Assembly (NCBI GenBank): GCA_965198065.1
Contig: CBDAON010000004.1
Coordinates: 2,368,001-2,432,000, forward strand
Source: Longimicrobiales bacterium
GTDB taxonomy: Bacteria; Gemmatimonadota; Gemmatimonadetes; Longimicrobiales; Gaopeijiaceae
Direction of reading: 5' to 3'
Length of the DNA: 64,000 nucleotides
Shown: positions 20,953 to 31,625 of the stretch, in pieces
Position numbering within the stretch: the first letter of the stretch is position 1
How the letters are laid out: each line of letters starts with the position of its first letter
Notes under the pieces: model-generated
What the model saw: only the letters and a program-made list of their open reading frames with translations
Database searches by the model: none
Told to the model about the DNA's origin: nothing
Position numbers and translations under genes: made by a program

Positions 20953-22988
20953 TCGTGGGAGCTGCGGAAGATATCGGCCAGACGGGGAAGGGCGCTTCGT
21001 AGCGGGTCCATGAGCTTCGGGTCGAACTGCGAGCCGGCCCGCTCCGTGATCTGGGCCACGGCGTCGTCCCAGGGGAGCTGAGGGCGATACGCCCGGTGGC
21101 TCGTCATCGTGTCCAGCGAGTCCGCGACCGCGACGACCCGAGCCGGGACGGGAATGGCCTCCCCCGCGAGGCCGTCTGGGTACCCCTGTCCGTCCCAGCG
21201 CTCGTGGTGCCAGCCGGTAACAGCCAGCACGATGTCGTCACCGAGGAGCGGCTCCAGGATCCGGCGACCGGTACGAGGGTGCTTCTTCACCTGAGCAAAC
21301 TCCTCTGCACTGAGCTGCCCTTCCTTGTTTAGGATCGCGTCCGAGACTCCGATCTTCCCCACGTCGTGGAGCTCGCACCCCAGCCGGAACAGATCCAGAT
21401 CGAAGGAGCCTCCGTCGAGCTCCAGAACCTCGGCGAAGGCCACGCCGTACAGCGCAACCCGTTCGGAGTGTCCTCGCGTGTACGGGTCCCACACCTCCAC
21501 CGCGGTCACGAGCGCCCGCGCCCCCTTCAGGACCGCTTCGCGGGCTTCGTCCGTGCGCCTGCGGCCTCCTCCGACAGCTGACGGCGGGCGCGCCGCTCCG
21601 CCAGATGACGGTCCCTCCGCGCGATCACGTCCACGAGATGCGACTGAAGTTCCGGCATGCCGAAAGGCTTGAACAGGTAGCGATCCGCCCCGGCGTTTAG
21701 CGCTTCCGCCGCCACCTGCGCGTCCCGGAAGCCGGTGATCACGATGACCTGGGTATGGGGCCAACGGGCCTTCACCGCCGTAACCAGCTCGTTTCCGGAT
21801 GGCCCCGGGAGCCGGATGTCGGTGATGACGACGTCGAACTCCCGGCCCAGGGCCTTGATCCCTTGCGGGGCGTCCGGGACCTCAGTGACCGAAAAGCCCT
21901 CCCTCGCGAGAAACTTGGAGATCAGTGTACGCACGGAGGACTCGTCCTCCACCAGGAGGACGTGCCGTCCGGACCCGAACTTCGTGAACTGGTGGGGAAG
22001 CATGGTCACCGGGGGGCGGGACTTCCCGATCTCCTCGGAGGTGCGCGGGTACTCGGCCGCTGGGCCCTCCGGCTTCAAGGCGGCAGGGGCCGCTTCGTCC
22101 TGGGCGTCCGCATCGGGCATCACGAGGTCGAGCGGGCGACCGAAGATGCGGACGCAGTTCCGCCCGTCCTGCTTGGCCCGGTAGAGGGCGAGGTCCGCGG
22201 CGGCAATCAGCTCATCGGGCGAGCGCATCGAGGGGTGATACGCCGCGACCCCGGCGCTCACGGTGAGCGTGCCGTTGGAGAGGCGTAGGGAAGCGAGCGT
22301 CTCCCGCACACGCTCGGCGAAGACCAGCGCGCCCTCCTCGTCCGAGCCGGCAAGGACGGTGAGAAACTCCTCCCCCCCAAAGCGGCTGGACAGGTTCATC
22401 CTGCGCGTGGTGGACGCTAGGATCTCCGCGAACTCGCGAAGGCCTTCGTCTCCTGCCTGGTGCCCGTGGCGATCGTTGTACGCCTTGAAGTTGTCTAGGT
22501 CGAAGAGGATGACGGAGAGGAGCCGGCCGCGCTCCGCCGCCCCGAACTCGCTCTCGAGGAAGCCGCGGGCATGGCGGCGGTTCGGGAGGTGCGTGAGGAT
22601 GTCCGTGAGGGCCATGTCCTCCACGTCCGCCCGCTCGCGGTGAAGCATCTCCCGTCACCCACCCGATCCCCACGGAGATCCCGAGGTACACGACGACGAT
22701 CCAGAAGAGGAGGTCGGGGATCGCGCGGCCGAGCAGGGTCGCCATCACCTGCGTGAGGGAGATCGCGGCCATCCCCATCGCCAGGGCCGTGGCCACGCCC
22801 CTCCAACCTCGATAATAGGCGAGGAGGAACGCCGGGATCAGTGCGACGAGCCAGAGCAGGGCGCCGGCCTCGCCCAGCGTCTCGGGAAACCCGAGAGCAC
22901 CCACGACGGGGACGGCGAGCGCGCCGACGGAGAACCCCAGGGCCCGTAAGGGCACCTCTCTACCGGCGTAGGGTGAGGATTCAGCCAT
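20949..22988 (-). pseudogene. Membrane-anchored GGDEF-REC-HD-GYP protein, frameshifted near 22650 and 21560
   Basis: Three overlapping ORFs: TM region; DILTHLPNRR, DLDNFK.YND.HGHQAGD, RFGGEEF; VEDE...DIRLPG...KPF; DPYTRGHS.RV, HDVGK, HHERWDGQGYP. Confidence 0.8.
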
Positions 22989-23182
22989 CCGCGTCCGTCG
23001 TCACCCTCCGGTCGGCCCGAGATCCGCGTCTCCCCTCGGCTCCCCGGGTCGCCGCGCTCCTCTAGGTTGGGCGCACGAAGGTGGCCTCGGGGCAGGGAAT
23101 GGCGGAGAATATGCGGTTTGGGTCCCGAATTCGACAGCCGCGCCGACCCCTAGGCGGACCCGAATGACCCCCGGCCCCCCGG

Positions 23183-25279
23183 TCAAAGGTGGTCCCACCA
23201 GAGGGGGTCGATCGAGAGGATCGCTTGCCACTCGCCGCCGTTCCAGCCGCGAGCGGCCTCCACGAGGAGGATGTCCCAGAACAGCCCGACCCCGATCGAA
23301 AAGGTGGACCTGACACCGTCCGTCTCCGCGGCATCCCACCGAGAGAGGACATCCGCGTCCGCGCCCCCCGACCACCCGGAGTGGACGGCGCCTCGAAGCC
23401 GAAGGAGAGGCGTTCCGAGGTCGGTGGAAGCCTCCAGCGAAGCCGCGGCCGCATGCTGACCTGCGAACCGGTGGAACGGGTATCCGGGCAGCGTTCCCCG
23501 GCCGCCCAGGAGGCGATGCCCCTGGGGAATGGGGTCCCCGAGCCAGCTCCATTCGCGAGCCCGGAGCGCCAGCTCCCGCTCGCCCGACGGTGGCCCCCAG
23601 ATGGCCTCGAGTGCCAGGGCGACTGCCCAACCTGCCCCCGGGCCGCCGGCGAGAACGTCCAGACCGGCGTCCACCGTGCCCCGGCCCGAGCCCGGCCAGG
23701 ACACGGCCTCCTCGACTCGGGCTCCCGCCCTCAGGAAATCTCCCTCCGCGATGGCCCGTACGGGTCGGAACGATCGGCCCGAGGCGAGTGGCGCGCTTCG
23801 GACGAGAAGCTTGGCGTTTTCGGCGCGCTCCCATCCGAGGGCGAAGGAGAAGCGGCGTTCTGTGCTCGAGGTCCTGGCCAGCTGGAGATGGACGCCGGAG
23901 GCGTAGAACGGGTCCCGGTAGTCCTCTGCACGGACGAGGGCCGCCAGGCTCGATAGGAGGGGGTCGCTCCCCGGAGTGAGCCCCAGGTCGCTGAACGCCT
24001 TCCGGCTCGCCCCTACTTCGGCGGTGGTCTCCGGCCCGATCGCGAGCTCGACTCCCAAAGTTCCGTGCGGGTCCTCCGGCTCGACACGGTAACCGGCGTG
24101 GCCGCGCACGGTCACGCTCCCTCCCGGCCGGAAGGCGGCTCCCGCGCCCAGAGCCAGCCCCTCCGTCCGGGAAAAGTGGATCAGGGAGGAGAAGCCCGGG
24201 AGGTGGAGGCGCAGGGGAGAGAGCCCCGAGGACGGCTGGCCCCTCGCCAGCTCCATGGCCCTGGCCCGAAGCTCCCGGGGATCGGCGTCCACCACGACGT
24301 CGGAGAGCCCGTCCCGGGCCAGCCCGTCGAAGAGGCCGACGGGGAACTCGTACGCCCTCCGGGCCGCAACGGGCTCGGCAGTCACGGGCTCAAGGCTCGC
24401 CAGCGCGTCGGGCAGGGCGACGTTCAGCTGGTAATCCCCAGTTCGAAGGACCGCTCGGATGACCGTGCCCACGCCGATGTCGAGCTCGGGGATCTCTCGC
24501 CGGACTTCGATCCGCTGGAGGTTCGGGAGCCAGTAGAGTCCCTCCCACAGCCCGTAGTCCAGGTCGACCGAGATCCTGTCCGTGCGAGGGTCCACATACG
24601 ACGCGGGCGTGAACGTGAACGCCATCCGTACGATCTGGGCGGAACGCTGGTCCACGGTGACGGAGCCGATGATTCCCGGCGCGGCGGGATCGACGGGACG
24701 GACGTCCAGCTCGTACAGTGTCAGGGGCTCAGGTCGTCCCGGTAGCCGCAGCGAGAGGGAGTCCGCGAGGCGGAACTCGTACGGCTCCCCGCCGAGGCCC
24801 TCCTCGTCGAGGGGGGCGAAGGGGTGAGGAACGCCCGCCACGTCCCTTCCGGCGCCGACCCGGATCTCGTTCCCGAGCCCGTGCTGGACCAGGGTCAGCC
24901 GATCCACGTAATAGCGGAAATTGCGGACGGGGAGCCGGGTTTCGCTCCGCTCTCCGAGCATGTGCTGCTGGACCAAGTCCGGCGCTTGCCAGCGGAGCTC
25001 TACGGCGACCTGATCCACGCGGATGAGCGCGCGCTGGCCCACCTCCGGGTCCACGAAGAAGTAGATGTGCCCCTGCGTGAGCGCCCGATAGCTCCGGAGC
25101 GTCCCGTCCTGGACGAGGGTGGCCCGTGCCGCTCGGGCCCGCCCCACCAGCGCGAGGACCCGCTCCGAGCTCCAACTCTCCTCGATCTCGGCCGCCCCCT
25201 GCCCGGCGGCGGCCCCGGGAAGGGCGATCGAAGCGGCAATCGCGACCCGGATTGCCAGATGGGATCCGAGACGGTGCAT
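23183..25279 (-). CDS. Hypothetical outer-membrane protein (C-terminal beta-barrel-like)
   Basis: Signal peptide; long ORF with alternating beta-strand pattern in the C-terminal half. Confidence 0.6.
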   Translation of the reverse strand: MHRLGSHLAIRVAIAASIALPGAAAGQGAAEIEESWSSERVLALVGRARAARATLVQDGTLRSYRALTQGHIYFFVDPEVGQRALIRVDQVAVELRWQAPDLVQQHMLGERSETRLPVRNFRYYVDRLTLVQHGLGNEIRVGAGRDVAGVPHPFAPLDEEGLGGEPYEFRLADSLSLRLPGRPEPLTLYELDVRPVDPAAPGIIGSVTVDQRSAQIVRMAFTFTPASYVDPRTDRISVDLDYGLWEGLYWLPNLQRIEVRREIPELDIGVGTVIRAVLRTGDYQLNVALPDALASLEPVTAEPVAARRAYEFPVGLFDGLARDGLSDVVVDADPRELRARAMELARGQPSSGLSPLRLHLPGFSSLIHFSRTEGLALGAGAAFRPGGSVTVRGHAGYRVEPEDPHGTLGVELAIGPETTAEVGASRKAFSDLGLTPGSDPLLSSLAALVRAEDYRDPFYASGVHLQLARTSSTERRFSFALGWERAENAKLLVRSAPLASGRSFRPVRAIAEGDFLRAGARVEEAVSWPGSGRGTVDAGLDVLAGGPGAGWAVALALEAIWGPPSGERELALRAREWSWLGDPIPQGHRLLGGRGTLPGYPFHRFAGQHAAAASLEASTDLGTPLLRLRGAVHSGWSGGADADVLSRWDAAETDGVRSTFSIGVGLFWDILLVEAARGWNGGEWQAILSIDPLWWDHL

Positions 25280-25485
25280 GGAGGTCTGCGCAAACGCCAA
25301 AGGGACCTCGGGGAGTCAGGACTCCGGCGACCCCGCCAACGGGCACCGGAATTTGGTTAAACTACTCCCGCCGAAACAACCGAGCCCAGGGCCGGGCCGT
25401 GACCCGCTGCCCCCGGCCGTAACGTACCCCCGGCGGGCATCCGCATCCGCGCTTGCCCGCCCCACGTCAGGGAGAGCGTCTCCGC

Positions 25486-27078
25486 TTGTCCGTCGCGCTC
25501 GAGAAGGAGGTCCTCCGACGGAGGACCTTCGCCATCATCAGCCACCCCGACGCCGGGAAGACCACCCTCACCGAGAAGCTCTTGCTCTACGGTGGGGCCA
25601 TCCACCTCGCTGGCTCGGTCCGCGCGCGCAGGGCGGCCCGCCATGCCACGTCGGACTGGATGCAAGTGGAGCGGGAGCGGGGAATCTCCGTTACGTCCAG
25701 CGTGCTCCAGTTCGAGTGGAGAGGCTTCCAAGTGAATCTCCTCGACACGCCCGGCCACCAGGACTTCTCGGAAGATACCTACCGCACCCTGGTCGCGGCG
25801 GACTCCGCGGTCATGCTCCTCGACAACCGGAAGGGGGTGGAGGAGCGCACGCGCCGGCTTTTCGAGGTCTGTAAGCTCCGGCGGATCCCGATCGTCACCT
25901 TCGTGAACAAGTGCGACCGGGTGGGTGTGCCGCCCCTCCAGCTCCTGGACGACGTGGAGGCGGAGCTCGGCATCCGCTTCGCGCCCGTCACCTGGCCCGT
26001 CTCCGACGGGACAAACCTCGTGGGCGTCTATGACCGGGACGCGTCCGAGGTGCGCCTCTTCCGGCGGAGCGCTGACCACGGGCAGTCCAGGGCCGGGGAG
26101 GAGTCCGTAGTGCTCTCGGATCCGTCGTTCCGGGAGCGCCTCGGGCCCCAGGTCCACGCACGTCTCGTGGAGGAGCTCGAGCTCCTCGAGCAGGCCGGCG
26201 CTCCCTTCGACGAGGCCGCGTTCCTTGAGGGCGGCCTGACGCCGGTCTTCTTCGGGAGCGCGCTCACCAACTTCGGTGTCGAGCGGTTCCTCGCCTGGTT
26301 CCTCCAGCACGCGCCGCCTCCGGGCCCGCGGGCGACCGAGCGGGGAGAGGTGGCGCCGCTCGACCCCCGCTTCAGCGGGTTCGTCTTCAAGATTCAGGCG
26401 AACATGGACCCCAGGCACCGGGACCGGGTCGCGTTCCTCCGGGTGTGCTCCGGAAGGTTCGAGGCCGGCTCGACGGTGACGAATACCCGCTCCGGGAAGA
26501 CCGTCCGGCTCGCCCGCCCGCAGCAGTTCTTCGCCCGGGAGCGAGAGGCGGTGGAAACCGCTTGGCCGGGGGACGTCGTGGGGGTCCACGACCGCGGAGG
26601 CCTCCGGATTGGGGACACCCTCTCCGAGGGTGGAGAGGTCGCCTTCGACCCAATCCCCTCCTTCGCCCCCGAGCACTTCGCCCGAGTAGAGGTTTCCGAT
26701 CCCCTGAGACGGAAGCACCTGGATAAAGGGCTCGTCGAGCTGTCGGAGGAAGGTGCCGTGCAGGTGTTCCACGAGGACGAGGCCGGCGCGCCCCGACCCG
26801 TTATCGGAGCTGTGGGCCCCCTCCAGTTCGAGGTCCTCGTGCATCGGCTGGAGAGCGAGTACGGTGTTGCGGCTCGCTTGGAGCCCCTCCACTTTGCGGA
26901 CGCCCGGTGGGTGACGGGGCCAGATGAGGAGATCCGACGAGTAGCTGGAGGATACGACTGCGCCCTCGTGAGGGACTGGAACGAGCGGCCCCTTCTGCTC
27001 TTTCGAAGCGAGTGGGTCCGTCGGACCACGGAAGAGCGGGAGAAGAAGCTCGGGTTCCACACCGTCGCGCCGGGCTAG
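25486..27078 (+). CDS. prfC: Peptide chain release factor 3
   Basis: RRRTFAIISHPDAGKTTLTEKLLL, ERERGISVTSSV, LLDTPGHQDFSEDTYR, FKIQANMDPRHRDR, GAVGPLQFEV; TTG start with GGAGAG RBS. Confidence 0.95.
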   Translation: MSVALEKEVLRRRTFAIISHPDAGKTTLTEKLLLYGGAIHLAGSVRARRAARHATSDWMQVERERGISVTSSVLQFEWRGFQVNLLDTPGHQDFSEDTYRTLVAADSAVMLLDNRKGVEERTRRLFEVCKLRRIPIVTFVNKCDRVGVPPLQLLDDVEAELGIRFAPVTWPVSDGTNLVGVYDRDASEVRLFRRSADHGQSRAGEESVVLSDPSFRERLGPQVHARLVEELELLEQAGAPFDEAAFLEGGLTPVFFGSALTNFGVERFLAWFLQHAPPPGPRATERGEVAPLDPRFSGFVFKIQANMDPRHRDRVAFLRVCSGRFEAGSTVTNTRSGKTVRLARPQQFFAREREAVETAWPGDVVGVHDRGGLRIGDTLSEGGEVAFDPIPSFAPEHFARVEVSDPLRRKHLDKGLVELSEEGAVQVFHEDEAGAPRPVIGAVGPLQFEVLVHRLESEYGVAARLEPLHFADARWVTGPDEEIRRVAGGYDCALVRDWNERPLLLFRSEWVRRTTEEREKKLGFHTVAPG

Positions 27079-27317
27079 GGATGGACTGTGGCTCCAGCTC
27101 CGAGGCGGCAACCTCCTGAGCCGTCCGGCCCCCCCGCCCGTGGACGGGCGCTCGGGGCCTCGCGCTGCGTCATGAAACGAGCCTTCCTACGTCGCCCGAT
27201 TCGTTGCCCTGCGTCGAGTTCCTCACATACCTTCTCCACGGAGTCTTCGTTTTCCCGGAGCTTCGTGTTCGCACCATGGTCGGGCGCACTCGAACCTCCC
27301 AGACGAGGCACGTTCCC

Positions 27318-30128
27318 ATGCAAAGAACACTACGGCAGGTGGCCGGGGCCCGCGTGTCGGGGGCTCTCCTTCTTCTTCTCGCGGGCGCATCGGCGCTCGC
27401 GGCGCAGCAGGGTGCCATTCAAGGGAGCGTAACGGACGCCGAGACGGGAGCGGGGGTCCCGACCGCGCTCGTGACCGCCGCGGGACAGGACGGGCGCGAG
27501 GCCGGCGCGGTCCTCACGAACCGGGACGGACAGTACCGGATCGCGCTTCCGCCCGGCTCGTATGCGCTGACGGTGTCTGCTATCGGGTACGGGACACAGG
27601 AGATGGGGAGCGCACAGGTGTCGGGAACGGGCACGGCCACCTCGAACGCGACCGTCGGGAGACGGACGATCGAGCTCGCTCCGCTCGTGGTGAGCGTGGG
27701 ACGCACGTACGAGAAGGCCATTACCGCCCCAGCGCATGTCGAGGTCATTTCCCAGGAGGTCGTGCGCAGCCGCCCGACGATTACGCCAATAGACCATGTG
27801 CGCTCGATTCCCGGCGTAGACGTGATCTCCCAGGGACTCCAGTCCACGAACGTCGTGGTGCGGGGCTTCAATAACATCTTCTCGGGAGCGCTCCAGACCC
27901 TCACGGACAACCGGATCGCGAGCGTTCCGTCGCTTCGCGTGAACGTCATGAACTTCGTGCCCACCACGGACGAGGATATCGAGAGGATCGAGATCGTCCT
28001 CGGACCCGGCTCAGCGTTGTACGGGCCGAACACCGCGAACGGCGTGATGCACATGATCACCCGGTCTCCACTGACCAGCCCCGGCTCCTCGGTGAGCCTC
28101 ATGGCGGGTGAGCGGAGCGTGCTCGGGGGCACGGTGAGGATCTCGGGCCGGCCGTCCGAAACGTTTGGGCTCAAGATCTCGGGACAGTACCTCCAGGGGG
28201 ACGAGTGGATCTACCGGGACTCCGTGGAGGTGGCCGAGGTCGCCAAGTTCGAATCGGATCCGGCCTTCTGGAGGCAGGACCTCATGTCTGCCGCCGGGAT
28301 CGATCAGGCGGAGGCCGACCGCAGAGTCGCACGCGTTGCCGCCCGGGACTTCTCGATCGAGCGATGGAGCGGCGAGCTCAGAGCGGACTGGGCGATCGAC
28401 GAGCGCACGACCGCTGTCTTCACGACCGGGATCTCGAACGCCGCCAGTCAGATCGAGCTCACGGGCCTGGGCGCCGGCCAGGTGGACGACTGGCGGTACA
28501 AGTTCTATCAGGCGCGAGTGAGCCGGGACCGCTTGTTCGCTCAGCTCTACCTGAATCAGAGCGATGCGGGGGACACGTTTCTCCTTCGCAACGGCTCTCC
28601 GATCGTGGACCACTCGGAGCTGTTCGTGGCGCAGCTCCAGCATGGCGCGACTCTCGGCGCCCGCCAGACGTTCACGTACGGGCTCGACTTCATCTGGACG
28701 AATCCGGACACCGAAGGCACGGTCAACGGTGCCTACGAGGACGAAGACAAGACCACGGAGGTCGGAGGCTACATCCAGTCCGAGACCGAGCTCACGCCGA
28801 CCCTGGACTTCGTGCTCACCGGCCGGGTCGATGAGCACTCGGCCCTTCCGGACCCTGTCTTCTCTCCCCGGGCCGCCCTCGTGTACGAGCCCGTGCAGGG
28901 ACAGGCCTTCCGCCTGACCTTCAATCGGTCGTTCTCGACGCCGACCTCGATCAACCAGTTCCTTGATCTCGGGACGGCGAGCCCGGATCGGAGCGCCGGG
29001 CTCCTGGGCTTCAGCGTGCGGGTGCAGGGGACGGGGGAGAGGGGCTTTTCCTTCGCGCAGCCGGACGGGTCGTACCTCATGCGAGTGCCCGCGCTTCTCG
29101 GAGGGCCGAATCAGCTCCTTCCCGCAGCGAACGTGGCCCTGTTCTGGCCGGCCGCGGTCCAGGTCCTTGCCCAGCAAGCTGCCGCACTGGGCAGGCCGAT
29201 TCCCCAGGACCAGGTGAACTATCTCCTCACGCTCCAGCCTACGGAGGAGGACATCGCGCCGGGTTATCGTGACCCGGTAACCGACGAGCTGGGGCTCCTG
29301 GCCAACCGGGAGGTCCCGGATCTGGCGCCCATTCGGGAATCCACGCAGACGGGGTTCGAGGTCGGCTACAAGGGTCTCCTGGCGGGGCGGACGGTCCTCG
29401 CCGCCGACGTGTGGTATTCGCGTATCGAGCGCTTCGTCACGCCGCTGACCGTCCAAACGCCGTTCGTGACGCTTGCTCAAGGATCGGTTGCCACCTACCT
29501 CGTTCCGCGCCTTCAAGCGATCGGGATGGAGCCTGCGGTGGCGGAAGCCACGGCGGCGGAGCTCGCGGCTGGAATCGCGGCCATTCCGGTGGGCGTCGTT
29601 TCGTCGGCGGACGTGAACGCGAACGGCGCGCAGCTCCTGGCCACGTACTCGAACTTCGAGAAGGACATCGACCTGTGGGGCGTAGACCTTTCCGCGACGT
29701 ACCTGCTCAATAACGCATGGTCTGTAAGCGGAAACGCGTCGTTCGTGAACGAGGATTCGTTCACGAGCGAGCGCGGTCAGACCGTCGTGCTCAACGCGCC
29801 CAAGTCCAAGGGTGGCCTGGCGATCAGCTACCACGACAACGGGAGGGGCGTGGACGCCGAGCTGCGCGCGCGCTTTACCGGGGACTTCCCGGCGGCCTCC
29901 GGCGTGTACGAGGGATTGGCCTGCATCCCGGCGGGTGAGGGGGATAGCGACCCATGCGTCGATTCCAGCACTCTGGTGGACCTGAACCTGTCGCACCGGA
30001 TCCCGGGATTCCCGTCCGCCACGGTCCAGCTCTCCGTCCAGAACCTCTTCGACAGCGAGTATCGGAGCTTCCCCGGAGTCGCGCGAAGCGGCCGCCTGGG
30101 GCTCGTCCGGCTCCGCTACGAGTTCTGA
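27318..30128 (+). CDS. TonB-dependent receptor
   Basis: Signal peptide, carboxypeptidase-like N domain, plug (IERIEIVLGPGSALYG.N...G), VQNLFD..Y, C-terminal YEF. Confidence 0.9.
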   Translation: MQRTLRQVAGARVSGALLLLLAGASALAAQQGAIQGSVTDAETGAGVPTALVTAAGQDGREAGAVLTNRDGQYRIALPPGSYALTVSAIGYGTQEMGSAQVSGTGTATSNATVGRRTIELAPLVVSVGRTYEKAITAPAHVEVISQEVVRSRPTITPIDHVRSIPGVDVISQGLQSTNVVVRGFNNIFSGALQTLTDNRIASVPSLRVNVMNFVPTTDEDIERIEIVLGPGSALYGPNTANGVMHMITRSPLTSPGSSVSLMAGERSVLGGTVRISGRPSETFGLKISGQYLQGDEWIYRDSVEVAEVAKFESDPAFWRQDLMSAAGIDQAEADRRVARVAARDFSIERWSGELRADWAIDERTTAVFTTGISNAASQIELTGLGAGQVDDWRYKFYQARVSRDRLFAQLYLNQSDAGDTFLLRNGSPIVDHSELFVAQLQHGATLGARQTFTYGLDFIWTNPDTEGTVNGAYEDEDKTTEVGGYIQSETELTPTLDFVLTGRVDEHSALPDPVFSPRAALVYEPVQGQAFRLTFNRSFSTPTSINQFLDLGTASPDRSAGLLGFSVRVQGTGERGFSFAQPDGSYLMRVPALLGGPNQLLPAANVALFWPAAVQVLAQQAAALGRPIPQDQVNYLLTLQPTEEDIAPGYRDPVTDELGLLANREVPDLAPIRESTQTGFEVGYKGLLAGRTVLAADVWYSRIERFVTPLTVQTPFVTLAQGSVATYLVPRLQAIGMEPAVAEATAAELAAGIAAIPVGVVSSADVNANGAQLLATYSNFEKDIDLWGVDLSATYLLNNAWSVSGNASFVNEDSFTSERGQTVVLNAPKSKGGLAISYHDNGRGVDAELRARFTGDFPAASGVYEGLACIPAGEGDSDPCVDSSTLVDLNLSHRIPGFPSATVQLSVQNLFDSEYRSFPGVARSGRLGLVRLRYEF

Positions 30129-30150
30129 TGGGAGACGAGCGCCGAGGACC

Positions 30151-30546
30151 GTGACGCAGAGAGCAGATGGGGAGCCGGGTGGTGAGGGCTCGGGCTCCGG
30201 AGCCGTTCGCCTCATCGAGGGAGAGGACGATTTCCGGGCCTCGGTCCTCGAGTCCGCCGTGCCCGTTCTCGTCGCCTTCTCTGCGGTCTGGTGCGCCCCC
30301 TGCGCCTGGCTCGAGCCGTACCTCGAGGAGATTCAGCGACAGGGCGGGGAACGGATCCACACGGCCAAGGTGGACGTGGATCGTGACCGGGAGCTCGCGC
30401 GGCGCTACGGGGTGACCAGCGTTCCCACCGTCGTCCATGTCCGGGGAGGGGAGGAGGTGGCGCGAAGCCTCGGGATCGAGCCGCACCGCCTGCGCGCCAT
30501 GGCGTTCGGCGCAACCGAGCCAGAGGACGAAGCCGCTCCAGGCTGA
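30151..30546 (+). CDS. Thioredoxin
   Basis: VLVAF.AVWCAPC, KVDVD, YGVTSVPT. Confidence 0.85.
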   Translation: MTQRADGEPGGEGSGSGAVRLIEGEDDFRASVLESAVPVLVAFSAVWCAPCAWLEPYLEEIQRQGGERIHTAKVDVDRDRELARRYGVTSVPTVVHVRGGEEVARSLGIEPHRLRAMAFGATEPEDEAAPG

Positions 30547-30615
30547 TTCGAGATCGGGCCGCCCGGGCGTCGGCTGAGCCCGCGAGCCAACCGGAAACCC
30601 CGCGGCCCCTCAGCG

Positions 30616-30650
30616 TTGACGCGGGGTGGGCCTTTCGTATACATACGCGC
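30616..30650 (+). promoter_or_regulatory. Putative sigma70 promoter of arg operon with overlapping ARG-box-like palindrome
   Basis: TTGACG (30616-21), 16 nt spacer, TATACA (30638-43), 7 nt, ATG; CGTAT-AC-ATACG palindrome at 30636-47. Confidence 0.5.
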
Positions 30651-31625
30651 ATGAATCCCACAGGCGGTCCCGAGTCCCGGCGCGTTCTGGTCGGCGTGCT
30701 GGGGGCGACCGGTTATACCGGGCGGGAGCTGCTCGAGCGGCTCGGCCGGCACGACGGCGTTCGCGTCGTGTTCGCCACCTCGCGCTCGGGCGCGGGGGAG
30801 CCCTCGATCCTGCCGGAGCTGCACCTCGTGTCTCCCGAGGCCGCGCCGATCGGAGACGCGGAGGTCGTCTTCCTCTGCCTTCCGCAGGGCGATGCCGCGG
30901 CATGGGTCGATGAGACGAAGCCCGCCTCTCGCGTCGTGGACCTGACGGCGGACCATCGTCCCGGCTCGGGACGGGAGAACGGATTCGTGTACGGGCTGGC
31001 CGAGCTCCACGGGGCGCAGCTCAAGGGCGCCCGGAACGTGGCGAACCCGGGCTGCTACCCGACGGGGGTTCTCATGGCGCTCGTGCCCCTCGTAAGGGCG
31101 GGCGTCATGGACCGGGAGCGGCTCACGGTCGTAAACGCGGCCTCGGGCGTGACGGGTGCCGGCCGGACCCCCCGGACCGACCTTCTCTTCGCCGAGATCT
31201 TCGGGAACTACCGAGCGTACGGCGAGGGGAACAAGCACCGGCACCTGAAGGAGATCCACGCGCTGCTCCCGGATGTCCCGATCCTCTTCCAGCCGCACCT
31301 CCTCCCCGTCTCTCGGGGGATCCTGGAGACGATCACGGTCCCAGTCCGAGACGGAGAGGGCGCGGAGGCTGTGAGGAGGTTCTGGAGAGAGGCGTTTGCG
31401 GGCGCGGGCGCGGTCGAGATCCTTCCGGAGGGTCTCCCCGACCTCACGAGGGTCGTGGAGACAGACCGGCTGGCTCTGGGAGCCGTGGACGTGGTGGGCG
31501 TGACTCCGAGAGTGGTCACGGTCGTGGCCGCGCTCGACAACCTGGGGAAGGGTGCGGCGGGACAGGCCGTCCAGAACATGAACCTCATGCTCGGGTGGCA
31601 GCTCGATCGGGGACTGCTGTGCTGA
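30651..31625 (+). CDS. argC: N-acetyl-gamma-glutamyl-phosphate reductase
   Basis: GATGYTG.EL, YGLAE, VANPGCYPT, SGVTGAGR, DNLGKGAAGQAVQNMN. Confidence 0.93.
   Translation: MNPTGGPESRRVLVGVLGATGYTGRELLERLGRHDGVRVVFATSRSGAGEPSILPELHLVSPEAAPIGDAEVVFLCLPQGDAAAWVDETKPASRVVDLTADHRPGSGRENGFVYGLAELHGAQLKGARNVANPGCYPTGVLMALVPLVRAGVMDRERLTVVNAASGVTGAGRTPRTDLLFAEIFGNYRAYGEGNKHRHLKEIHALLPDVPILFQPHLLPVSRGILETITVPVRDGEGAEAVRRFWREAFAGAGAVEILPEGLPDLTRVVETDRLALGAVDVVGVTPRVVTVVAALDNLGKGAAGQAVQNMNLMLGWQLDRGLLC

Noticed and set aside
27079..27317. Cobalamin or TPP riboswitch upstream of the TonB receptor
   Set aside because: No recognisable conserved boxes
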